Of a stretch of 64,000 bases of DNA, positions 49,706 to 60,515 are shown one piece after another. The stretch covers positions 1 through 64,000 of the forward strand of contig CAVOVB010000007.1 of the NCBI GenBank assembly GCA_963699755.1, given 5' to 3'. The stretch is from an uncultured delta proteobacterium (lineage in GTDB: Bacteria > Myxococcota_A > Polyangia > Polyangiales > Houyiibacteriaceae). A program made the position numbers and the translations under genes. The first letter of the stretch is position 1. The number at the start of each line of letters is the position of its first letter. The notes beneath the pieces are model-generated. The model saw only the letters and a list, made by a program, of their open reading frames with translations, was not told where the DNA came from and searched no databases.

Positions 49706-50349
49706 GCGACGGCTCCTAGCTGCTCCGGAATGAACAGGCGCACGATCATCTCGGTGTGGGTCTTGATGTACTCTTCTGAAAACGGGTCCTGGCCGGTTGT
49801 CAGGCTCACCTGAGGGGCGAGGGCATACGGCGTGGAAACTGCACCGATGAGAACGTAGAAGACATGGCTTGGTGGTCCGAGGGATGGACCGCCGGCAGAC
49901 TCGATACCTTGCAACATTCCTGCGAGGAGTGCGCCCATCGAAGCGATGTGCTTCGCAACGAGCCACTCGAGGCGCTCGCTCGGTCCGGTTCCCTCTTGGA
50001 GCATGAATCGGTGGAGCTCGGGGTGATCCGCTGCGAAGCGGACGAACTCCGCGAGCAGCAACCGCGCGGTCGTGACTACATCCACGCCTTGCAGGCCCTC
50101 GAGCCGCGCGGTGAGTCGGTCCCGTAAGAGCTCGAACAGCGCGTCGCCTGCGGCCTTCCAGAGGAGGTCCTTGGTCCCAAAGTGGTAGGGGACCGCGGAC
50201 TGGGCCACGCCTGCCCGCGAGGCGATCTCTCCCGTCGAGGCTCCCTCGAAGCCCTTTTCAGCGAACTCCCCGATCGCGCTCTGGATCAATCGGGCACGGG
50301 TTTCGAGCGCGCGGCGCTGCGGCCGACGGATGGAGGCGTGGTTCATCAT
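49702..50349 (-). CDS. TetR-family regulator
   Basis: FAEKGFEGASTGEIASRAGV..YHFGTKDLLW. Confidence 0.9.
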   Translation of the reverse strand: MMNHASIRRPQRRALETRARLIQSAIGEFAEKGFEGASTGEIASRAGVAQSAVPYHFGTKDLLWKAAGDALFELLRDRLTARLEGLQGVDVVTTARLLLAEFVRFAADHPELHRFMLQEGTGPSERLEWLVAKHIASMGALLAGMLQGIESAGGPSLGPPSHVFYVLIGAVSTPYALAPQVSLTTGQDPFSEEYIKTHTEMIVRLFIPEQLGAVA

Positions 50350-50427
50350 CCCGAATGATTTAGCTTGATCTAACTACAAAAACAATATATTTAGGTCAAT
50401 CAACCTAGAAATTGTCCTTTCGGGGCC

Positions 50428-52260
50428 ATGCGAGCACCCATTGGGAGCGCAAACGGAGCGATGGAGAAGGCAATGAACGAGATCTCAGAAGTGCATTCGC
50501 TGGTGGGGTCACAGCCCTCCCTCGGCAGGGGCTTTCCCTTTTCGCGCGCTAGGCTGCGAACGGCCGTGGTCGCGATATTCGCAGTCTCTGCGTCATTCGT
50601 GCTCGGCTGTAGCGACGCCGGCAGCGACGAAACTCCGCCCGAGGACAGGCCACCCCTGGTCATCCGAGACATCGAAGCCATTCGAGACCAGGTGATCGTG
50701 GAGGACGATGTCGGCGTGGTTGTTCGAGACGGGACGCGCCTTTCAGCCAAGGTCTTCCGCCCGGCAAGCGAGGGCACCTTCCCGGTCATCATGATGCTGA
50801 CCGCCTACGGGAAGGACAGGGGGCCCGACGAATATCCTGCGGCGATTGAGCACGCGGAGCTGCCAGGCTTCGAGTTCGGCACCATCGAGGTGAGCGAGTG
50901 GACGTCATGGGAGGCGCCCGACCCGGCCACCTGGGTGCCGCTCGGCTACGCGGTGGTCTACTTGGACGTGCGCGGGTACCTCGCCTCCGAGGGCGAGGCG
51001 AGCGTGCTCAGCCCGGAGGATGGCGAGGACTTCTACGACGCCATCGAGTGGGCCGGGGCGCAGGAGTGGAGCAACGGCAACGTAGGTCTCCTGGGCGTGT
51101 CGTACCTCGCGATCTCGCAGTGGGTCGCGGCGACGGCCAACCCGCCCAGCTTGAAAGCGATCGCGCCCTGGGAGGGTCAGACGGACGCCGTGCGGGAGGT
51201 GCTCTATCACGGAGGTGTCCCCGAGACCGCGTTCGTCGAGTTCTGGATCGATCGTGTGAACGGCCTAGCGAATACGCCCCCACTTCCGGCCGAGCTTCTT
51301 CTAATCCTCCATCCAGACATGCCAGCGCTTCTGCCGTTCCTACCGAGAGTCGGTATTGCGCTCGACCAGGTCACAGCCCCGGCGCTGATCTGCGCTTCCT
51401 GGTCGGACCACGGGCTGCACACACGAGGCTCGTTCGAGGCCTACAAGCAGATCCAGTCCGAGCAAAAGTGGATCTTCAACCACGGGCGAGCGAAGTGGCA
51501 TGTCTTCTATAGCGACGAGGCGATTGCGGCGCAAAAACAGTTCTTCGACCACTTCCTCAAGGGCGAGGACAACGGGATGGATGACGTGCGGTCCATCCGC
51601 CTCGAGGTGCGCGAGAGCCTCAACGAGTACCAGGTGCGGTATGAAGACGAGTGGCCGATTGCCCGCACGGAGTACCGCGAGCTGTATCTGGACAGCGCGT
51701 CCGGCGCGCTCGGCGAGGAGTTGCCTTCGGACACGGCCGTGGCGGACTACTCCCCGCTCTCCGACGCCGCGACGTTTACCCTCACCTTCGACGAGGACAC
51801 CGAGGTCACCGGAAACATGAAGCTAAAGCTATGGGTCTCCACGACCGAGGGGACCGACATGGACCTCTTCGTCGGCATCGAGAAGCTGAACGCGCAGGGG
51901 CAGGAGGTCTACTTCCACGCCAAGGCTGGCTACGCACGGGCTCCGGCGGCGCTCGGCTGGCTACGCGTGTCGGAGCGGGCGCTCGACCCGGACCGTTCGA
52001 CGCCGTGGCAGCCCTGGCTGTCCCATGACAACCCGCAGCCGCTCACCCCGAATGAGATCGTTCCGGTCGAGGTCGAGATTCTCCCGAGCAGCACGCTCTT
52101 CCGCGCAGGAGAGTCGCTGCGGGTCGTCGTTCAAGGTCAGGACCTCTTCGAGCATCCATCACTCGCCCACAACCACTCGGACGACGTCAACCGGGGCACC
52201 CATTCGATCTACACCGGCGCGCAGTACGACTCGCACTTGCTTGTGCCCGTCGTGCGCTGA
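50428..52260 (+). CDS. CocE/NonD family hydrolase, lipoprotein (start uncertain)
   Basis: [36 protein letters not shown]. Confidence 0.9.
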   Translation: MRAPIGSANGAMEKAMNEISEVHSLVGSQPSLGRGFPFSRARLRTAVVAIFAVSASFVLGCSDAGSDETPPEDRPPLVIRDIEAIRDQVIVEDDVGVVVRDGTRLSAKVFRPASEGTFPVIMMLTAYGKDRGPDEYPAAIEHAELPGFEFGTIEVSEWTSWEAPDPATWVPLGYAVVYLDVRGYLASEGEASVLSPEDGEDFYDAIEWAGAQEWSNGNVGLLGVSYLAISQWVAATANPPSLKAIAPWEGQTDAVREVLYHGGVPETAFVEFWIDRVNGLANTPPLPAELLLILHPDMPALLPFLPRVGIALDQVTAPALICASWSDHGLHTRGSFEAYKQIQSEQKWIFNHGRAKWHVFYSDEAIAAQKQFFDHFLKGEDNGMDDVRSIRLEVRESLNEYQVRYEDEWPIARTEYRELYLDSASGALGEELPSDTAVADYSPLSDAATFTLTFDEDTEVTGNMKLKLWVSTTEGTDMDLFVGIEKLNAQGQEVYFHAKAGYARAPAALGWLRVSERALDPDRSTPWQPWLSHDNPQPLTPNEIVPVEVEILPSSTLFRAGESLRVVVQGQDLFEHPSLAHNHSDDVNRGTHSIYTGAQYDSHLLVPVVR

Positions 52261-52309
52261 GGCGATGCGAACAAAGCACTCGGACCGCGTTTGTTTGCGG
52301 TTCTCATTA

Positions 52310-52570
52310 GCCTGTTGGCGCACTGCTCAAACAGCCACCGGACAGGCTCTTGGCCCAGCCGCGCTCGAGCCTGCGAAATAGCGCTCGGAGCCACCGTCAC
52401 GTGACTCGAGCCGGGCAACGCCAGGTCGAGCTTGTTCACCACGTCCGTGATCGACCGGTCCTTGAACAGCGCCATACCGAGCACGAGCCACACCACTGGC
52501 TCCCCCGGTAGCCGTCTGCGCCTCAGCGTCGCAGCGCCTGTCGCATGGAGCGCCTCGTCAATCCACTCCC
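52310..52570 (-). pseudogene. IS4-family transposase N-terminal fragment
   Basis: [31 protein letters not shown]. Confidence 0.8.
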
Positions 52571-52680
52571 GCGGCCTGAAGGATGGTCCATGCGTTCATT
52601 GCGCTTCAGGTCCCACAGATCGATCGACCGGACAAGGTTCGGCCTTCGTGAGCAGGGATGAATTGATTCTCTCGGCCGCT

Positions 52681-53550
52681 TCAGGAATCCGGCCTGGCCA
52701 CCGCGACAGCGCAAGGCGCAATTCGGGCGGTGTGTTCCGCCACGCTTCCCAGAAGCCAACGCCTCAGCTTCGAGCGCCCAGCGCTTCCGACGACGACGAG
52801 GTCATAGTCGACTTCATCTAGTTTCTCTGCGAGGCCGTGCTGAGGGGATGCTTGAACCGAGTGGAACGTAGCGTTCGCTACCTGTCCTTGAAAGGACTCA
52901 ATCAGCTTTCGGCCGCGCTTCTTCACGGAAGCGGCAACGGTGTCGATCACCAAGTCGGAGTACTCGTCTCCACGTGTGGCTTCGGGAACACGCCAAAAGT
53001 GAACGACGTCGAACTGTGCATCGGGCGCTGCCAGCACCACGGCCAGCTCCAGAGCTTTCTCGGCGGGCCCGGAGAAATCTGTCGGGATCAGAATGCGCTT
53101 GTACCCACTAGCAGGAGGAGGCTCGCCTCGCGCAACCATGATGTGCGTTTGCACGGTGCGCAGAACTTTCTGGGCGGTGCTGCCGAGCAAGGTCTGCTTG
53201 ATCCCGGTCAGTCCCGTACTGCCTACGATAACCAAGTCCGCGGGCCGCGCATCGATGATCAGTTCGAGTCCCTCCGCGGTGGATGGGGCATCGACGACCT
53301 CTTGGGCAATATCAACGTCCTCGCTTGCGTACGGCTCGATTGCCTGTGCCAATCGACCCTGGCCGTCGTCGTGCCAATGCTCTACTGCAGGCCGCGCCGA
53401 CTCTAGCCCCTCCTCATCCGCAGGGGTTTCCACGACGTGGATGATGCGAAGCTCAGCCCCGGTAGCACGCGCAATACGTATTCCGTGACGGAGTGCTGTG
53501 TCGGAGTGCGCGGAGAAATCCGTTGCAACGATGATGTGGTTCAACTGCAT
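52681..53550 (-). CDS. Tandem-domain universal stress protein
   Basis: IIVATDFS / [14 protein letters not shown] / LLGSVAE. Confidence 0.92.
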   Translation of the reverse strand: MQLNHIIVATDFSAHSDTALRHGIRIARATGAELRIIHVVETPADEEGLESARPAVEHWHDDGQGRLAQAIEPYASEDVDIAQEVVDAPSTAEGLELIIDARPADLVIVGSTGLTGIKQTLLGSTAQKVLRTVQTHIMVARGEPPPASGYKRILIPTDFSGPAEKALELAVVLAAPDAQFDVVHFWRVPEATRGDEYSDLVIDTVAASVKKRGRKLIESFQGQVANATFHSVQASPQHGLAEKLDEVDYDLVVVGSAGRSKLRRWLLGSVAEHTARIAPCAVAVARPDS

Positions 53551-53716
53551 GGGCTCAGATCTCCTTTTTGGGTTTCGGCGGGTTGCCTTCGAATCGAATG
53601 CTACCTCGACCATCCTGTGCTCAGGCGGGCCACGGCAACCGCTCCGATTGCCGAGTCGAGCAACAATACTACACGATGCGAGGTCGCGTTCATACGAGGG
53701 TGTTGCCAGGCAACCG

Positions 53717-56416
53717 TTAGGACAGCTTTCCGAACCAACCGCGCCGTTCGCACCACTTGGCCAGCTCCAAGACCGGCGAAATGGTCAGGGCTGCGCCGAT
53801 GACGATCAGCCAGTCGCTTTGCGAGAATGCGTAGGTGCCAAAGATCTCGTGCATCGGCGGAAAGAGCACGATGAAAAGCAACAGCCCCAGCTCCCAGAAG
53901 ATGGCGAGGTTCAGCCACTTGTTGGCAAGTGGCCGATGCAAGATAGACCGGCGGTCCGACCGGAAATTGTAGGCCTTGACGAACTGGATCAACACCAGTG
54001 ACACGAAGGTCATCGCCATGGCCTGAGCAACGCCACGACCCGACCGGAGGGCCCAAGTGAAGACGAAGAGATTCACGACTGTGGACCAAAGGCCTCCAAC
54101 GGTCATCAAGATCACGACGGGGCGGGTGAATACTCCGGTGCGACCGTCGCGCGGGGGCCGCTGCATCAGGTCGTCCTCGGGGGGATCGACCGCCAGTGCC
54201 AGTGCAGGCAAGCCATCGGACGCCAGGTTGACGTAGAGGATCTGCACGGCGGTCAAAGGCAGCGGCAAACCCGCGATCGCGGCGCCGGCCATGAGCCCGA
54301 TCTCACCGGCGTTCGAGGAGAGGAGGTACATCAGGAACTTCTTGATGTTCTCGAAGATCCCTCGCCCTTCTTCCACCGCCGCGACAATCGATGCGAAGTT
54401 ATCGTCGGTCAGCGTCATCGCGGCGGCTTCCTTGCTCACGTCGGTTCCGGTGATGCCCATGGCGATCCCGATGTCCGCCTTTTTGAGAGCCGGTGCGTCG
54501 TTCACGCCGTCGCCGGTCATTGCGGCGATATGACCGCGCCTTTGTAGGACGGTGACCACCCGAAGCTTGTGAGCCGGGGAGACGCGGGAATAGACTTCGA
54601 TGGTTTCGACGTCGCGCTCGAGCTCCTCGTCGCTCATGTTTTCGAGCTCCGCGCCAGTTACGGTGCGCCCCGCCTTGAGTAAACCGAGCTCACGAGCCAC
54701 GGCCTGAGCCGTGAGCGGATGGTCGCCCGTGATCATCACGACTCTGATTCCAGCTTGCTCGCATCTCTCGATGGCGGCTTTGGCTTCGGGACGCGGTGGG
54801 TCGATCATGCCCACCAGGCCGAGGAAGGTCATATCGCGCTCCGCGTCTTCGAGCTCGGCGTCTGCTTTGGTGGCCACGGCTAGGACGCGAAGAGCCTCCC
54901 GTGCCATCTGTCGGACCGTTTCCAAAATTACGCCTCGCTCCGCATCCCCCAGCGCCACCTCGCCTTGCTCGGTCCATTGCCGAGAGCACGAATCGAGGAT
55001 GGTCTCGGGCGCGCCCTTGGCGTATGCGACCTGACTCTTCTCCATGGAATGCAAGGTCGTCATCCGTTTGGTTTCAGAGGTGAATGGGATCTCGCCAATG
55101 CGGGGGAATCGGAGGTCGAGGTCGTCCTTTTGCAGTCCGGCTTTCGCAGCCGCCACGATCAAGGCGCCTTCGGTGGGGTCTCCCTTGATGTGCCAGCCGC
55201 CGTGCGCCTCGTCGCGGACGAGGTGTGCGTCGGAAACGAGCGCAGCCGCCCGTAGCAACTCCGTCTCCCGTGCAGAGGGCTCGACAGCCGAGCCGTCGAC
55301 TGAGAGCTCGCCCTCGGGCTCGTAGCCGCTACCGGAGATCGTGAGCATTCTTCCGGGGGTGTACAGCTTACGAGCGGTCATCTCGTCCCTGGTCAGTGTC
55401 CCAGTCTTGTCCGAGCAGATGACCGACGTGCTCCCCAAGGTTTCGACGGCGGGGAGGCGGCGCACCAGGGCGTTTCGCTTTGCCATACGCTGCACGCCGA
55501 TCGCCAAGGAAATGGTGACAACCGCCGGCAAGGCCTCCGGTACGACCGCAACTGCCAGCGCGATCCCGAAGATGAACATCTCCAGCAACGGTTGGCCACG
55601 GAGCACGCCCATGGCGACGATCGCGGCCACGACGACGAGGGCTGCTAGGGCCAGGACGCGACCGACCTTGTCCAGATTCTGCTGCAGAGGCGTCTGGCCG
55701 GATTCGACGGATTGCAACATCGTCGCAATCCGGCCGAACTGGGTATTCATGCCGGTTTCGACGACGAGGGCTCGGCCCCGGCCGTAGGTGGCGATCGTTC
55801 CAGCAAAAACCATGTTGCTGCGGTCGCCGAGGGCCAGGTCCTCGCCGTCGAGCGGCTCGGTGTTCTTCGCCACGGCCACGGATTCGCCCGTGAGCGCCGC
55901 TTCTTCCAGTTGCAGATTGACCGACTCGATCAGCCGCGCGTCGGCCGCTACCTTGTCGCCAGCGTGCAAGACAATGAGGTCGCCTGGCACGAGCTCGCGT
56001 GCCGGAATCCGAATCTCCTGACCGTCGCGGACCGCCGTCACGGTGGGCGCGGCCATTCTCCTCAGTGCCTCGATCGCGCGTTCCGCTCGGTACTCCTGTA
56101 CGAAGCCCAGCACCACGGCGAAGAGCACGATCACGGCGATGGCAATGGCCTCGACGCCGTGTCCGACGAAGGCGGAGATCGCGGTCGCGATCAGCAGGAT
56201 GATGATCAGGACATTTTTGAATTGTCCCAACAGAACGGCCCAAGGCGACACACGATCGACGGCCTCGAGCTCGTTCGGGCCATATCGAGCGAGTCGACGC
56301 TCAACTTCGATGGCGGCCAAGCCCTCAGGAGCGGAGTGAAGATGGGACATCACCGCATCGACAGGAAGGGTGTGCCATAGGGGCGAGACTTCGTCGGGTG
56401 ATGCGTTCATCTCCAT
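53717..56416 (-). CDS. P-type cation (Ca2+-type) ATPase
   Basis: TGES, PEALP, DKTGT, KGAPE, TGDGVNDAPAL. Confidence 0.95.
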   Translation of the reverse strand: MEMNASPDEVSPLWHTLPVDAVMSHLHSAPEGLAAIEVERRLARYGPNELEAVDRVSPWAVLLGQFKNVLIIILLIATAISAFVGHGVEAIAIAVIVLFAVVLGFVQEYRAERAIEALRRMAAPTVTAVRDGQEIRIPARELVPGDLIVLHAGDKVAADARLIESVNLQLEEAALTGESVAVAKNTEPLDGEDLALGDRSNMVFAGTIATYGRGRALVVETGMNTQFGRIATMLQSVESGQTPLQQNLDKVGRVLALAALVVVAAIVAMGVLRGQPLLEMFIFGIALAVAVVPEALPAVVTISLAIGVQRMAKRNALVRRLPAVETLGSTSVICSDKTGTLTRDEMTARKLYTPGRMLTISGSGYEPEGELSVDGSAVEPSARETELLRAAALVSDAHLVRDEAHGGWHIKGDPTEGALIVAAAKAGLQKDDLDLRFPRIGEIPFTSETKRMTTLHSMEKSQVAYAKGAPETILDSCSRQWTEQGEVALGDAERGVILETVRQMAREALRVLAVATKADAELEDAERDMTFLGLVGMIDPPRPEAKAAIERCEQAGIRVVMITGDHPLTAQAVARELGLLKAGRTVTGAELENMSDEELERDVETIEVYSRVSPAHKLRVVTVLQRRGHIAAMTGDGVNDAPALKKADIGIAMGITGTDVSKEAAAMTLTDDNFASIVAAVEEGRGIFENIKKFLMYLLSSNAGEIGLMAGAAIAGLPLPLTAVQILYVNLASDGLPALALAVDPPEDDLMQRPPRDGRTGVFTRPVVILMTVGGLWSTVVNLFVFTWALRSGRGVAQAMAMTFVSLVLIQFVKAYNFRSDRRSILHRPLANKWLNLAIFWELGLLLFIVLFPPMHEIFGTYAFSQSDWLIVIGAALTISPVLELAKWCERRGWFGKLS

Positions 56417-56621
56417 GTTCGATTCCGGCCCAACTGAGCTCTAGACGTATTCCGTTGAGACCTGTGGCTTCAACGGACAAGATGCCCGAGGAGACTGCTA
56501 ATCGTACGGAGTGCCGTGCGCAAGTGCCTCGAGGCCGATGGCCGCAGGCATCGCGATCGGTAGCCTCGCCCCTGCTAGGTTGGGCCGTGCAGTGCCAGGC
56601 GGGCACCGAAGAGGCCATCTC

Positions 56622-57221
56622 ATGAACGACAAGATCTTTCACAGCTCGCTCACCCGGACTACTGATTTCGAACGTGCTGGCTTCGACCGGCGACCATTGC
56701 CACGGGAGCAGTGGGAGGCGGGAGACTACGTCGTTGCCACCGCCACGATTCGGCGGGGCGGTCTCTCGGGTGTTGAGCTGACGACTGGTCGAATGGTCGA
56801 GGCCGTCAATCGCGACATGGTGCTAGGCGCGCTCGGAGTACGTCTCGCCACACTCGAGGCCGTCGGCTCCTGGGAGGCCATGAGCGCCGATGGGCGTATG
56901 CATCTCCTCAGTGGGGGGCCTCCTCGGCCGACTCACCTCCGTGTCCCGCATGCTCGCATCGCCGATGCGGATCGACTACGCCCGCCATGCAATGCGCAAT
57001 GGCACGAAAGTCCGGATGCAGGATTTTGCGCGAGCTCCGACAAAGGCACAACACTATGGAGCTCCGACAATCGTCATCGTTGGGACGTCCATGTCCGCGG
57101 GCAGACGACCTCTGCAAAAGTCATCGTTCGACAACTCAAACGTGCGGGCCATCGCGTCGTGGGCACGAAACTGAGCGGCGCAGGCCGCTTGAGGGACATC
57201 CTCGCAATGAAAGACGCGGGA
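56622..57221 (+). pseudogene. DUF1611-like P-loop protein, frameshifted and cut at R9
   Basis: GALGVRLATLEAVG, VGTSMSAG, GTKLSGAGRLRDILAMKDAG in alternating frames. Confidence 0.7.
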
Positions 57222-57252
57222 GCTCTCTTAGCCCATCGAGCTCAAGCTGAGC
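57222..57252 (+). repeat. Left part of the repeat only (R9)
   Basis: GCTCTCTTAGCCCATCGAGCTCAAGCTGAGC, no dif core. Confidence 0.8.
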
Positions 57253-57589
57253 AATGCGATCATCACCGGCCAAAGCCCGGCCATCAGGGCCGCGGCACCA
57301 ATCAAGGTGTAGCTCCTGGTCTTGCGGGGTTAAGTCATCGATGTGTGGTTCGCACGCAGCCTCGGGAGAGTTCAAGCGTACCCGAAAGACGCAAGTGCTG
57401 CCGGGGAAGCAGAGCGAAGGGGGCGGGCGGGCGGGCGGTGCAACCAAGACCTGCAAAGGCCCGGTCCAAAGACCGCGCATTTCGAGCCGTCGGCAACGCA
57501 CGTAAGGATCCGAGCTCTGTCCGCTTGGTCGCCTTCGCGATCATCGCGACGGACGAAGTCTTGAGGAACGACTGGGGCATCATGCAGTG

Positions 57590-57760
57590 CTGGGCGGAAC
57601 CAATTTACGGGCAAGGCTCGAGCCGCGAGCAGGTCGCCCTCACACCGCGGTTCCTCGGCCTCTCGGTCGTCATCATGAACAGCCTCGCTCCCATCCACTG
57701 GCAGAACCTCGTCAACTTCGGCGTGGTGCCGCTCGACTTCATCGACGACGCGGAGCTGAC
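57590..57760 (+). pseudogene. Aconitate hydratase C-terminal fragment
   Basis: YGQGSSREQVALTPRFLG..IHWQNLVNFGVVPL. Confidence 0.75.
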
Positions 57761-58015
57761 GGAAAGCCCCTCCGCCTCCAACACAGGCTGTCTCGCCGCC
57801 AGCGCGAAGCATGCTCGAGGGCGGGCTCATCCCTTGGCTTCGCGCGCGCCTTCGAGACCAAGCTTGGAGTCCCTTGCTTCCGCTTTCGGCCCTAAACCGA
57901 CACGATGCTCGTTAGGGCAGGAACGCCACGGGGCGCTGCTGAAAACCGGTTGCAGTGGCCGAGCTCTTGCGGGATCATGAGAGCCTAATACGGGCCGTTC
58001 GTCAGGAGGTTTGCC

Positions 58016-59293
58016 ATGATGCCACGCGTATCGGGTGTGCTCTTAGTTGCGGCTACGGTCGCATTCGTTTCGGGGTTGGTCCTGGCGCAGGCGGCGCCCA
58101 AGCAGGTCGTCAAGCCGCCGATCGCCAAAGCCTGGATCGACGTCGCAACCTTCTCCGGTATGGGGATGGGTGGCGCGGACATGATGAACCAGACGCTTGG
58201 CGCTGCCATGGGTGGTGGGCGAGGTGGCAAGGCCGAGTTCGGCTACACCGAACATGGGCCAGGTGGTCGGTGGATGGACGTGACCCTCTACACCAGCGGC
58301 AACGCCAAACTGACCGAGGCCTTGCAGAAGGTGCCGGCGGCCACCGGTCTCGCGCCGACGCTCAAGCTCCAGACGCCGGAGAAACCCAAACCCGCCCCGA
58401 AGTCCGATGACGAGCCTGCGGAATGGGACTACCAGAAGCCCAAGGGCAAGCTCGTGATGTACTGGGGCTGCTCCAAAACCGTCAGGCCCGGCCAACCCAA
58501 GGTCGTGGACCTCGGCACCGCCACAGTCCGCGACATGGCGAAGTTCTTCGAGTCGCGTCGGGCCACCCAGCGTGGTGCGCATGCAGCCGCGGGCCGGCCG
58601 ATTTGGCCGAGCCGCCAAGACAAGCGCGCGCTCGGGGAACGTGCGTCGATCGCTGGCGAGCACGCGTTCGTTGCCGCGGGCGTTCCCGAGAGCCTCAAGT
58701 TCACGATCCCTGCTGCGCAAGACATCATGGCGCCCATGGAGGTTCAGCAGAGCGACGCCGGCAGCGCGCTTGCGTTTGAGTGGCAGGCAGTGCCTCATAC
58801 GCGTGCATACTTCCTCGGAACCATGGGCCCGTTGCCCGGCGGCAAGGAGGGGATGGTGATCTGGACCTCGAGTGAGCTCCCCGAGAGCGGGTTTGGGTTG
58901 TTCGACTACCAGACCAACGTCGCGGTGGACACCTGGCTCAAGGACAAGGTGCTGCTGCCACCATCGACGACCCGGTGCGCGGTGCCGAAGGAGGCCGCCG
59001 GCGAGGGCAGCATGTTGCGCGCGATCGCCTATGGCACGGAGCTCGATCTGGCGTACCCGCCCCGGCCGAAGGACCCGAAGATCGCTTGGGAGCCCGAATG
59101 GAGAGTGCAGATCCGGGTGAAGTCGATGAGTACGAGCATCGTAGGCATGGAGGGAATGGGCAACATGCCGTCAATAGACGAAGAGCTGCCGGACACAGAG
59201 GATACAGGGGCCCCACCGCCCGAGTCCGAGCCCGGAAAGAACAAACGAAAGAGATTCAATCCCTTCGATGCGGCGAAGCAGAGCCGGCCCTGA
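58016..59293 (+). CDS. Secreted hypothetical protein
   Basis: AGGAGG RBS, signal peptide, PKGKLVMYWGC. Confidence 0.8.
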   Translation: MMPRVSGVLLVAATVAFVSGLVLAQAAPKQVVKPPIAKAWIDVATFSGMGMGGADMMNQTLGAAMGGGRGGKAEFGYTEHGPGGRWMDVTLYTSGNAKLTEALQKVPAATGLAPTLKLQTPEKPKPAPKSDDEPAEWDYQKPKGKLVMYWGCSKTVRPGQPKVVDLGTATVRDMAKFFESRRATQRGAHAAAGRPIWPSRQDKRALGERASIAGEHAFVAAGVPESLKFTIPAAQDIMAPMEVQQSDAGSALAFEWQAVPHTRAYFLGTMGPLPGGKEGMVIWTSSELPESGFGLFDYQTNVAVDTWLKDKVLLPPSTTRCAVPKEAAGEGSMLRAIAYGTELDLAYPPRPKDPKIAWEPEWRVQIRVKSMSTSIVGMEGMGNMPSIDEELPDTEDTGAPPPESEPGKNKRKRFNPFDAAKQSRP

Positions 59294-59379
59294 GAACGGC
59301 ACCCCGCGGTCTGCGTCGACCCGGGGTCCATACCTATGCAAACCGGGCAGGAACGCCAGAGCGCCCTTGGTGTGGTCAA

Positions 59380-59443
59380 CTGCGCAGAAGTAGACCTCAT
59401 GTCGACTTGCGGAGCACCCGAGACCGCCTTTGTCTCCCGTATT
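59380..59443 (+). repeat. dif-like core and right part only (R10)
   Basis: CTGCGCAGAAG TAGACC TCATGTCGACT (59380-59407)..GCCTTTGTCTCCCGTATT. Confidence 0.75.
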
Positions 59444-59496
59444 CGCGGTCCGAATCGCGTGGTACGCCTTATCCGTCTACTTTCGATGTCCGGGAA

Positions 59497-59512
59497 GCTC
59501 TCTTAGCCCATC
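59497..59512 (+). repeat. Left end only (R11), cut by an IS remnant
   Basis: GCTCTCTTAGCCCATC. Confidence 0.75.
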
Positions 59513-60429
59513 GCTGCTGCGACCACAGACATTTGCAAGACTCTGTTCGCAACAGCGGCACCGCTGTAATCAAGAGATCAAATCGCCCTCTGGCTGCCTC
59601 CGGAACCCGAGCTAGCTCGGACCACCCGAGTGTCCCAGACACGGAGCTATGCCGCAGCTCCTCCGAAGCCGTCGTAGCTACGACCATCGCATCCGAGAGA
59701 TTGTCTGCCAGACAGGGAACCCAGCGATCTTTCAGCACCTTCGCACCGAGCGGCAGACCGCCATCATTCGGCTTGTGGTAGTGCTCCTCAAGCTCTCGGG
59801 GTTTCGCGTCGATCAACAGCGCCTGCCTGACGGGACAGCCAAGGCCAGAGTCTGGGTGCGGTCGACCGCGGCCAAGCTCGTCCGGCAGCGTGGTTGGCGA
59901 CGACCGCGTCGCCGCGTGCACCCTGAAAAGCCAATGACCGGCATTCGCGTGACGCATCCGAACGAGTATTGGCATATCGACCTGACGGTGATCCGACTTG
60001 TCGATGACACGAAATGCTACCTGCATGTCGTCATCGACAAGTTCTCGCGCCGGATCTTGTCGTGGCGCCTTGTGAGACGGCTCGCGCCCACGACGAGATG
60101 CGAAATCCAAAAGCAGGCTGGGAAGCCTCTGCTCGAGAGCCTCACTCAGCCTGGGCAGCTAATCGATTTCTACGTCAAAGAGCGCAACACCCAAATGCCG
60201 CATCACGCCTTCGTCAGATAAACGCCGGACGAGGTGTACTTCGACCAAGCGAATCGAGTCCTGGACTGCCTCACGACGGCCTGGCGCCATGCTCGTCGGA
60301 CAAATGAAAGCAACCCGAGATCAGCCCTGTCGCATGTGCGGACCGCCTGCCGCTCACCAATCCGTGAGTGTTATCCACGCCGTCGCAAATGCGCCGCCGT
60401 GATTCCAGAATGCTCCCGAACGCAGCAGC
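59513..60429 (+). mobile_element. Decayed DDE (rve-type) IS remnant
   Basis: IR GCTGCTGCG / CGCAGCAGC; PNEYWHIDLT..YLHVVIDKFSRRILSW. Confidence 0.7.
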
Positions 60430-60515
60430 AACATTCGCACGGGACGCAACCGCGTTCTCGCTCCACCCCTGTGATTTGATCGAGGTCGCGGTTCGGGTAT
60501 AGTCCCAACTCGCCG

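Noticed and set aside
56511..57980. 489-aa ORF as one protein
   Set aside because: Chance fusion of DUF1611 pseudogene, repeat R9 and an aconitase fragment
11011..59512. Repeats as a CRISPR array
   Set aside because: About 100 bp long, spaced from 50 bp to over 10 kb, divergent, and no cas genes
11011..59512. Repeats as integron attC sites
   Set aside because: No RYYYAAC...GTTRRRY ends or full-length palindrome; cargo is multi-gene, in both orientations and truncated; no IntI
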